A DNA stretch of 64,000 nt, taken from NCBI RefSeq assembly GCF_009914755.1, contig NC_060930.1; one strand, given 5' to 3'. The position numbers and the translations under genes were made by a program. This document shows, piece after piece, positions 1 through 10,544 of the stretch. How positions within the stretch are numbered: the first letter of the stretch is position 1; every line of letters begins with the position of its first letter. The notes under the pieces are model-generated. The model worked only from the letters and a program-made list of their open reading frames with translations, was not told the origin of the DNA and did not search any database. The stretch is from the human T2T-CHM13v2.0 reference genome, Homo sapiens.

Positions 1-150
1 TTAAGTAAAGGGATGAGATTATTAATCACATGCCAGATAAATATTATAGATGTTAATAAAAAATAATGACGATAATTTTAGAATAAAATGCAGGCCTTCT
101 CCATCACTTCACTTTTTGACATTATTTAAATTGTTGGGCAAGTTATCTAT

Positions 151-760
151 TGAGATAGGAAGAATTCTAAGACCACACCAATAACCTATGCTCTTGTATA
201 ATCAATCCACTTCCCGTGTGAGTGAAACCTAATGAGTGTACTGGGATATCCTTACCATGATTACATTATATAATGTGGTAAAAGACATTTTGAAGATGTA
301 ATTTAGGCCAGTTGACTTTGAGTTGATAAAAAGATTTTCTCTGGTGGGCCTGACCTAATCAGGTGAGTCTCTTAAAAAATACAGTGAGAGAGATTCTCCT
401 ACTGGCTTTAATGTAATAAGTTACCATCTTGTGAGAAGGCCATGGCTAGGACTTAGAGGCAGCCTCTAGGAGCTGAAAGCAACCCTAGTCAACAGCCAGG
501 AAGAAAATAGGGACCTCAGTCCTACATGGCCAAAAAAACTAAATTCTGCAAACAACCTGAATGAGCTTGGAAGAGGAATACAGGCTCCAGTTGAAAATGC
601 AGGACAGCTTACACTTTGATCTTGGTCTATGAGACTCAGCAAAGAGCCCAGCTGCAGTGTGCCTAGACTTCTGACCTATACAAACCATGATATAATAAAT
701 GAATGTTGTTTTAAGGCATTGCTTCTGATCATTTGTATGCAGCAATAGAAAATTGATACA
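151..760 (+). mobile_element. MLT1E-like ERVL-MaLR solo LTR
   Basis: Starts TGAGATAGGAAGAATTCTAAGA (cf. TGTGGTAGGCAGAATTCTAAGA); internal GGGCCTGACCTAATCAGGTGAG and CAACCTGAATGAGCTTGGAAGAGG; ends GCAGCAATAGAAAATTGATACA. Subfamily from memory. Confidence 0.8.
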
Positions 761-1809
761 TGTATTACGTCCACATCCATTTTGTAATGATTAATCCATA
801 ACATTCTTCCACATGAGAATTATCACTTCTGTTTTCTACTTAGAAATCATTATAGAATATCTGTTAAATTTTAGAAACTAATTTTGATCTCAAGAAAATT
901 AAGAAGCAATAAAAAATATTCACAGGCCACTTATTCACTTATTTATTTAAAAACATTGTAGGTTTTTTTTTTAAAAAACCTATAGGAACCCATGGGGTCC
1001 TATAAGGAGATGGGAGTGTAGGTGGAAGTGAGAAATGTATAATCTTACAATGTAAGAATAGCTACTTCATCACATAAGCCAACAAAAATGTTGACCATGC
1101 TTTTTAGCACCAAAATGGTAACATCTGGATATATATGAGTGGTAGCAATATAAATGCGCATTCAAATCTTTACATCCTGAAATTAAATATCAGGCTGTAC
1201 TGAGAAGCCAGTCATGGCCATCAGATTTTCATTGCCTATATAGGGTATCAAAAAGTAGTAATTTCAAAGTACTCATCTGGGCTTTTCCAATCACCACTTT
1301 CCTGTGCATCAGAGAACTTTACAGTTTCTAAATGCAACTCAGAAAAACCCTTTTAACTTCTCAGTATAAAAAGGTAGCAGAAATTCTTCACAAATATCAT
1401 ACACTGTGGTAAAATAAACATTCTTAATAACACTTTGGGCTTTTTATATTGCTTCAATAGATAGTAAGCTATTATTAGTTATCTCTGAACTTGTTTGATT
1501 TAGAAATAATTTGATATGTATTTTAAGGAATTATTGGCTTATAGGAACTTCTGAGAAGACAGAAGAATATGTTATGGTTACACCTTTGATTATAGTCCTT
1601 GCAATTGGAAACAGTGTTAAATTGCTGACTTATTACTTAAAATATAAATTATGCATTTTTCTTACACTAGACCTCAGATAGTTATGCAGGGAAGAGAATG
1701 GGGTAGTTTAGAGCAAACCTCATGAACAAACTCTCATTTCTATATAAAGAATAATTACTTATAATAATTACTTTGGAAGTGAGCACCTGGCTTTCTTTCC
1801 AAAATTTGT

Positions 1810-2150
1810 ATTAGTCAGCGTTATTTCTCAAAATTTTTATTAGCATTAGTCAGCTTATCTCAATACCCAATATCTCAATGGCTTATGACACCTAGCCTGC
1901 AGGAGCAGTCTCTGTGTGGGACATGTGTATTTTCACAGTAGAGGACAAGAGAAAGGGCTGAGAGAAACCATGCAACAGTATTAAAAGCTTCTGCTCAGAC
2001 ATGGTGTATGTCACATTGGCTGAAGTTCCATTAGCAAAAGTAAGTCATATAATCAAACCATAGTGCAATGACGCAGGGACAGCTTCTTTTCACAGGAGGG
2101 GAAATGACAAAGCAATGGGTAGAGATGTATAATCTTACTGAGATGGGGGA
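1810..2150 (-). mobile_element. Old MLT1 (J/K/L-like) LTR fragment
   Basis: Degenerate ATCTCAATGGCTTA...AAAGCTTCTGCTCAGAC...GTCACATTGGCTGAAGTTCCATTAGCAAAAGTAAGTCATAT motifs; boundaries approximate. Confidence 0.4.
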
Positions 2151-2359
2151 TTGAATAACTATAAACAATAGTACAATCAAACTTAGAATTGAGAGAAACA
2201 AGTATCAGCAGATGGATGGATATGAAAATTTATATTATAGATATAGATATATCAATAATATATCTATATATCATATAATAATATCCTAATATGAAAGAAT
2301 TGTTAGCTACTATTAGATAGATACTTAGATATTAGTCATAATATTGTATCATATACTTG

Positions 2360-2681
2360 AATATTATTCAGTCTTAAAATAGGAGATTCTGACATTTTTG
2401 ACAACATGGTGAACCCAATGGGCATTATACTAAGGGAGACAAGCCAGACACAGATAGAAAAATACCGCATGAAAATAGTTGAACACATAGAAGCAGAGAG
2501 CAGAATGGTGGTTACCAGGGGAGGGGACAGTGGCAGGATGGAAATGGGGAAATGGAGGTCAAAGGGTACAAAGTTGCATTTACATGGAATGAATAAATCT
2601 AAGAGACTTAATGTACAATATTAGTTAATAACAGTGTATTATATATACTGGTAATTTACCAAGAGAGTAGTTTTTTAGGTA

Positions 2682-2723
<42 letters not shown>

Positions 2724-2885
2724 AACACACACAGCAAGAAAGTAACTATATGGGATGATGGGTATGTTGATTTGTTTGACTGAAGTAATCAGTTCACTAT
2801 GTATTTGCATGTCAAGGTAAGCATATGACAATATTTAAATACAATTTTTAAAAAACCTTTCTTAACAAAAAACAAAAAAATTAAA
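2360..2885 (+). mobile_element. L1MA/L1MB 3' end fragment
   Basis: ACAACATGGTGAACC...CATAGAAGCAGAGAGCAGAATGGTGGTTACCAGGG...GTCAAAGGGTACAAAGTTGCA, followed by an A-rich tail. Confidence 0.8.
2687..2721. repeat. (CA)n microsatellite
   Basis: About 17 uninterrupted AC units. Confidence 0.97.
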
Positions 2886-5454
2886 AATGTTGTCTGAATA
2901 TATTGTACCTTTTTATAACCTCTTCCAATAAAAATATATTTAAATATTAGTCCTTTTAAAGAGGTTCACTATCTCATAGAGATATTTATACATTTACAGG
3001 TCAAACTCAACATTTTTCAAACTTTGGATCATAAATAGCAAGGAGAATTAAGGTATAAACAACTGTCAAATAACTTCTATTCAAGTACCATGGAGAAAAA
3101 TAGGTGTAAAATATCCTCAGAAGATGAAAACATATTATTTTTAGGAAAAATCAATGAACACATAAGTTTCAAAAGCAAAATGTGAATATTCACACATTTT
3201 AAATTAATTTAAAGTAAAAATCAAATATCACTGAAATCATGACATAATATGTCATTTCCAACAATTCATTTACTTGACCATTTTACTCTGAAAAAAAAAA
3301 ATGCTAACCACTATTTCCTGACTACTTTAATTTCAGGCGGACCGGCCAGATAAAGGATGCAATCTTCAAAAGTATGCCAGGAATGACTCTAGGTATATCC
3401 TTAAGAAATGTATTGCTAAATGTTAAATTTTGTTGGGAATTTTCAACATCATAGATTATGTTTAATACAAAAAGAGAGCCTGTTATATTGTGTAACAAGT
3501 ATTTTTAAAAACTTGTTTAAGTAATATATCTAATAGCACTGTGTAAAAAATATATCTCATCAACTTATAAATTCACACTGAATTTGTTTTCATTTAAAAA
3601 AAAGGTATGTTTACCTTTGGGGCCTGAAAAAAAAATTTCATAAATTTTAAAATAATATAATGTTATCTTATAATCTGATATAATTTTATCTTATAATCTA
3701 AATAATCTTAAAAATTATTTAAAATAATTTTACCTTATAATCTGATATCTATTTCTAAAACATTTTCAGAATAGTAGCCTATAATATTATCTTTATAAAA
3801 TAACATGTGCTTGTATATCTGTGTGAGTGTATGTGTACCTACAATAATGTGTATCAGCAAATGATAATTTTAGTTACTATTTACTGGAAAGTAGAATGGG
3901 TGGGAGATAGGATCAAGAGTTTTAAAAATATGTTTTTGTATTGTTTTAAGCAAGGAGAATACATTCATTTTCTAATAAATATGTCAAATTAAATGTCTAA
4001 ATCAGAAAGAAAATTTTGTACATACTTTTTGTCCTTCACAGTTCAGTTTGAATTTTAGTTCAGTATAGATCCTTGTGAAATTATTAAAATCTTCAAATAA
4101 CAAAATAACTATTTTTTAAATAATAACTCTAGATCCAGAATGTAAGGATGTTAAAAGATACATGTAAGAATATTTTTGTTTTATAGGTAGTTTAATCTCA
4201 AAAGGTCTCACTTGGTCTCAGTATTGTGAAGTCATCAGTGTTATTTCAAGAGCACTATGAACATTTCTGAATATGTTATATTGCAGAAGAAAAAAAACGT
4301 ATCTAACCAATTCTCCAACTGTGAAAAATTCATGTAGTTCTCAAACAGTTTTTTCATACTTATCTGGATGTTACCTAAATTATTTGTTATACTAAAATTA
4401 TTTTAATGTATTTGTTTAAAGTATGCTATGGTATTTTACTTAAAACTATAGCATTTATGGAATATATTTGGAATTTATTTGGTAAAGAAAATTTACTCTG
4501 TAGCCTTTAAATGTCATACTTTTTATGAATTTTGCTAAAGATACATTCAAATTTGTATAAGGAACCAGGGACCTCCTGGGAAGAAAGGGAGGCCAAATTG
4601 GCCTCCTCTTTCCCACAAATTCAAGGCTACTAAACTAGTTAGAACTGGTCTCTCCCAAAGCCAGTATCTGGCAAGAGTAGTTGGCCTCAAAGCGGGAAAG
4701 ATATGCTAAGGCACAAAGCAGATGAATTATGGCTTGAAGTCTCTCAGGACAGACACTAAAACCTTTCTCAAATGCATCATCCTGGAAGAAAGCAATTTTT
4801 AAAGAGGAGAGCTTAAGAGCAAAGGCAATAATTTTTTTAAAGAGCTGCAGCTTGGGGAACTCAGTTCATTTTTGACATTAGCTCAACTTTGGCAAAGTAT
4901 AACACTGGTTTTCGAAAGATGGTCCCACCTAGTACTTTATGGGAACACTGAAACCCAGAAGTGCACTCTATCAGTTATGTTGGCAGCAAACTGACTGTGA
5001 GGTTTCCATCCAACCTTCCTTCCTTGGATATAACATGGAGTGACACAAACATTACCCCAGCAGAATCAGCAGCACCTGTCAACAGAGGCCTCTTCAGACT
5101 ATGTGTTTCAAAGCCTGTGCCAGGCTCCTGCTGTGGAAGCAGAACAGGACTGAGCTGCTGAGCTGCATCCTTCTGAAGCAACCAGCTTCAGGTATGATTG
5201 GGAAGTCCTCCTGCTCAAGGGGGCAAGTATTCTCAAGGCCAAGCATTGAGTTCAGAGAAGGTGCAAATGTGATGGACCCTTCAGATAGGAGAAAGCCCAG
5301 TATGGATCTGGGGGTTTCTAAGATATTGACATTGGGAAAGCAGGTTGAGAAGATACAAGGACAGGATACTAGGCTTTCTGCTAAAATGTAGAATATTGCA
5401 TGTGTTACAGTTTGGAAGCCCTATTGTTTATAAATTGAACCATTATTTACAATA

Positions 5455-5780
5455 ATGTTCATAACAACCTAATTATGTAGACACTATTATCCCCATTTTA
5501 TAGCAGGAAGAAACAAAAGTATGAGTTTTGCTAACATGCCTAAGGCTGCACAAGCAGCAGCAAGCATACAGCTTAGGACTTAAATTAAGATTTATCTGAT
5601 TTAAAGTCTCCTCAGTTTTCAGAACCACAGGGTAAAGAATGTATATTCTATTATAACCATAATTCTAAATATTGAAATGCAGACTTTGATAAGTAGAATG
5701 GCTTGTCTCAGAGCTCAAACCTTAGCAAGTAGCAAAGCCAAGACAAAAACACAGGTTTTCCCATGGTTGACACTACATTT
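5455..5780 (-). mobile_element. Two adjacent MIR SINE fragments
   Basis: CTATTATCCCCATTTTATAGCAGGAAGAAAC core; second degenerate copy with GGCTTGTCTCAGAGCTCAAACCTTAGCAAGTAGCAAAGCCAAGAC. Confidence 0.6.
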
Positions 5781-7081
5781 CATTGGCTCTTTAAGTCATT
5801 TATTAAATTATTTTCCTGATTACTTATTAACAAAGAACCTTAGAATGTATTGCATACATTCTCGTTTAGTATGATTATCCCCCATGGTCTTAGATTTTTG
5901 AAATCCAAATTTCCTAAGAGTAAACACTGGGACACTGTTTACTGTCAGATATGCTTCACCAAGTGCATATTTTAGGTGAAAGAAAAATAAAAGCTTTTGT
6001 CCAACAGGAGACCTCCATGTTTGCACTGAAGTTCAGTTTTACTGGTTGCTGAAAGTGCAACTTTATCACATAGTCATCATTGTTTTCTTATGTTCTTGAA
6101 CCACAGAAAGAGAATCATTAATCTAGTGGGGCTTGTGACAATTTATCTTCAAAGACTTCGAGTAGTGTAGAGTCTATCAAAAGATTAATAAACCTGGAGT
6201 GCAATTTTGGTTGAATTAGCAAACTGTCCAAAGTAATTGATTTGGCTTAATACAAATCCTTATTTATGAAAGTATAAATTTCACAAAAAATCAGAAAACT
6301 GGCAAAATGCCTCAAACTTTGAAATGTTTACAAGTTTAGGTCTTTGAGAATGTAAAATTAGTACCTATGGTTAAAATACCTTTAATCCTGAGAGTTTTAA
6401 GGATTAAAAATAATACTAATTAATTTTAAAAGCTTTGAGCTTAAAATTAATACTTAATATGGTACTTAAAGCATATATTTTCTTTATTTCATTTTCCTAA
6501 ATAGTTTTTACAATTAATACTAAGTATTTTTATCAATTTTTACCAGAGAAAAGAAATCAAATATGAAGGAGTTTGTTAGGACATTTTTCTATGTTTACAA
6601 TGTGTAGGTCTCAGTTAAAAATTGTTCATCTTATGTATCAATATCTATTTTTTAATCACTTCACCAATTGCAATTTGTGATAAGTTAATTTCTAGAAGAT
6701 GACTTTATTTCATACCCTGAATGTCAGCCAAGCTTTTAGATAAGGTCAAATCATTTTATTCTAATCAAAATTTTGCAGCATCTGAACAATGAGATCTAAT
6801 TTGCTTTGACAAAATAAGACCTCAGAGTCACAGCAGCATAGCCAGTTTAAGCATGTCAACTAATATACCCTTTTCCTTTCAGCAAACATTAATTAAGACC
6901 TACTATCAGCCAGGTATTGTAGTTGGCACTTATGGTACCAAAAACAAATAAGATTAAGTCCTTTCTTCACAAGGCATATTGTCTAGTGAGAAGGCATAAA
7001 TATGAAAAAACAATTATAAATGATAGAAGTACAGTGATACAGTAAAATACAAAATGCTGTGTAAGCATACGGAAGAGATGG

Positions 7082-9424
7082 TGTATTAGTCTGTTTTTGC
7101 ACTGCTATGATGAACTACCTGAGACTGGATAATATATAAACAAAAGATATTTAACAGACTCACAGTTCTGCATGGCTAGGGAGGTCTCAGGAAGCTTACA
7201 ATCATGGCAGAAGGCAAAGGGGAAGCAAGGCATGTCTTACATGGCAGCAGGAGAGAGAGCGAGAGAAGGGGGTAATGCCACACTTTTAAACCATTAGATC
7301 TTGTGAAAACTCACTCACTATCTTCTGAACAGCATGGGAGAAACCACCTCCATAATCTAATCACCTCCCACCAGGTTCCTTTCTCAACAAATGGGGATTA
7401 TAATTCCAATGAGATTTGAATGGCGACACAGAGCCAAACCATATCATCCCACCCTTGACCCCTTCCAAATCTCATGTCCTTCTCACATTTCAAAACACAA
7501 TCATGTCTTCCCAATAGTCCTGCAAAGTCTTGACTCATACCAGCATTAACTCAAAAGTCCATAGTCTAAAGTTTCATCAAAGACAAGGCAAGTTATTTCT
7601 CCCTATGAGCCTGCAAAATCAAAAACAAGTTAGTTACTTCCAAGATACAATGGGGTAAAGTATTGGGTAAATGTTCCCATTCCAAATGGGAGAAATTGAC
7701 CAAAACAAAGGGGCTACAGGCCCCATGCAAGTCTGAAACCCAAAAGGGCAGTAATTAAATCTTAAAGCTCCAAAGTAATCTCCTTTGACTCCATGTCTCA
7801 TACCCAGGGCACATTGACACAAGAGGTGGGCTCCCAAGGTCTTGGGCAGCTCCACTCCTGTGGTTCTGCACAGTACAGCCCCCATGGCTGCTCTCATGGC
7901 CTGGTGTTGAGTGCCTGTGGCTTTTCCAAGTGGATGGTGCAAGCTGCCAGTTGAGCTACCATTTTGGGGTCTGGAGGTAGTGGCCCTCTTCTCACAACTC
8001 CACTAGGCAGTGCCCCAGTGGGAACTCTGTATGGAGGCTCCAACCCCACATTTCCCCTCTGCATTGCCCTAGTAGAGGTTTTCCATGAGAGCTCTGCCCC
8101 GGCAGCAAACTTCTGCCTGGACATCCAGCCATTTCTATACGTCCTCTGAAATCTATGCAAAGGTTCCCAAACCTCAATTTTTGCCCTCTGCATACCTCAG
8201 GCCCAACATCACGTGGAAGTTGCCCAGGCTTAGGGCTTGCACCCTTTGAAGCAATGGCCCGAGCTGTATGTTGGCCCCTTTAAGCCATGGCCTGGACACG
8301 AGGCACCCAGTCTCAAGACTGCACAAAGTAGCAAGGCCCTGGGCCCTGCCCAGGAAACCATTTTTCCTTCCTAGGCCTCTGGGCCTGTGATGGGAGAGGC
8401 TGCCATAAAGATCTCTGAAATGCTCTGGAGACATTTTGTCCCCATTGTCTTGGAGATTAACATTTGGCTCCTGGTTACTTAGGCAAATTTCTGCAACCAA
8501 CTTGAATTTCTCCACAGAAAATGGGTTTTTCTTTTCTATGACATGGTCAGGCTGCAAATTTTCCATACTTTTATGCTTTTCTTCTCTTTTAAACATAAAC
8601 TCCAATTTCAGACCATCTCTTTGTGAATGTATATGACTATACGCTCAGAAAAAGCCAGGTAACATCTTGAACACTTTGCTGCTTAGAAATTTCTTTTGCC
8701 AGATACCCTAAATCATCTCTCTCAATTTCAAAGTTTCACAGATTTCTCAGGCAAGGGCAAAATGCTGCCAGTCTCTTTGCTAAACCATAGCAAGAGTGAC
8801 CTTTACTCTAGTTCCCAGTAAGTTCCTCATCTCCGTCTGAGACCACCTCAGCCTGGACTTCATTGTCCATATCACTATCAGCATTTTGGTCAAAACCATT
8901 CAACAAGTCTCTAGGAAGTAACAAACTTTCCCACATCTTCCTTTCTTCTCCTGAGCCCTCCAGATTATTTCAACCTCTGCCTGTTTCCCAGTTCCAAAGT
9001 TGCTTCCACATTTTCAGGTATCTTTATAGCAGTACCCTACTCTCCCGGTACCAATTTTCTGTATTAGTCCATTTTCAACTGCTATAAAGAACTACTTGAG
9101 ACTGGGTAATTTATAAACAAAAGGGGTTTAATTGACTCACAGTACCGCATGGCTGGGGAGGCCTCAGAAAACTTCCAATCATAGGGGAAGGCAAAGGGGA
9201 AGCAAGGCATGTCTTACATGGTGATAGGAGAGATAGTGGGAGAAAGGAGAAGTGCTACACTTTTAAAGCATCAGATCTCATGAGAATTCACTCACTATCA
9301 TGAGAACAGCATGGAGGAAACTGTCCCCATGATTCAATCACCTCCCACCACGTCCCTCCCTAGGCAAATGGAGATTACAGTTCAAGATAAGATTTGAGTG
9401 GGGACACAGAGCCAAAGTATATCA
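7082..9424 (-). mobile_element. Full-length THE1 (THE1D-like) MaLR element: 5' LTR 9060-9424, internal 7447-9059, 3' LTR 7082-7446
   Basis: Two 365-bp LTRs reading TGTATTAGTC...ATATCA on +; internal begins GAAAATTGGTACC on -; purine tract before the 3' LTR; TSD GATGG/GAAGG (4 of 5). Confidence 0.95.
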
Positions 9425-9551
9425 GAAGGCTATCCAAATATAGTCTCCCAAGAGCTGTCAGAGAGGAGGAGGTGTTGACTACCTAGCTTATTCACAAGAA
9501 AGAAGAGGTAACAGCACTACATTAAGAGGTAAGGTCATTCTAGACAGAGGA

Positions 9552-9969
9552 TGCATTAGTTTGTTTTGCATCACTATAAAGGAATACCTGCAACTGAGTA
9601 ATTTATAAAGTAAAGAGGTTTGATTGGCACACAGTTCTGTAGACAGTACAGGAATCATGGCATTGGCATCTACTCAGCTTCTGGTAAGGGCTCAAGAAGC
9701 TTTCAATCATGATGGAAGGCAAGTGGGGAGCTGGTGTATCACCTGGCAAGAAAGGGTGCAAGAGAGAAGGGGGAGGTCTTATACTCTTTTAAACAACCAA
9801 ATCTCACATGATCTAACTGATAACTCACTCATCACCAAGAGGAGGGCACCAAGCCATTCATGAGGGATCTGTCTCCATGATCTAATATCTCCCAATAGGC
9901 CCCACCTCCAACACTGGGGATCACATTTCAACATGAGATTAAGAGGGGACAAATACCCAAACTATATCA
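9552..9969 (-). mobile_element. MSTA/MSTB MaLR solo LTR
   Basis: TGCATTAGTTTG...CTATAAAGGAATACCTG...CCAAGCCATTCATGAGGGATCTG...GGGGATCACATTTCAACATGAGATT...CCAAACTATATCA. Confidence 0.9.
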
Positions 9970-10439
9970 TAGAAGACGACATGAGCAATCCTACAGATGC
10001 CAAATGTGGAATTATGAGTGCTGAGATGCTGTGGCCAAAATTAGTCAAAGAAATAAACATAAACTTCAGTCCAGGAAGCAGCTGGAATTGTGGTGGCTGA
10101 ATTGGCAGACAGTAAATCAAGGCATAAATTTGTGCTAAGGAACTGAAAATTTGTCTATGGGAGGTATTAGCTTTTTTTCTTTTAATCACTCAGGAACTCT
10201 GGGAAGAATGGTCTAAGAGTAACAGGACTGTGAGCAGTGGGATAACAATGAAGATTGTCTCAGTCCAAATGAAGTTCTTGTTTGGGGCAGTGATAGCAAG
10301 GTGAAGAGGATTTGATAGATTTTGAAGGTACTTCAGAGGATAGCTCAACAGCATTTGGAGTTGGAATTTATAAGAACAGGGAAAAGGGGCTAAAGTTCAG
10401 AATTATTATCTTGCTTTGTTTAATTTCTGTATCTTTTTT

Positions 10440-10538
10440 ACCCTGATTTTATAACTACACATTGTATGCATGTATCAAAATATCACATGTATACTATAAA
10501 TATGTACAATTATTATCTATCAATAAAAATAAAAATAA
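10440..10538 (+). mobile_element. Short L1MA 3' terminus
   Basis: ACACATTGTATGCATGTATCAAAATATCACATGTA...ATAAATATGTACAATTATTATCTATCAATAAAAA. Confidence 0.75.
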
Positions 10539-10544
10539 TTTCTG

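Larger units (their letters stand above)
6880..10410 (-). mobile_element. L2 LINE 3' fragment split by THE1 and MST insertions (pieces about 6880-7081, 9425-9551, 9970-10410)
   Basis: CAGCAAACATTAATTAAGACCTACTATCAGCCAGGTATTGTAGTTGG resembles the reverse L2 3' end; CATTCTAGACAGAGGA continues it; right boundary approximate. Confidence 0.6.

Noticed and set aside
3655-3750. Repeated TTATCTTATAATCTGATAT units
   Set aside because: Ordinary AT-rich slippage duplication.
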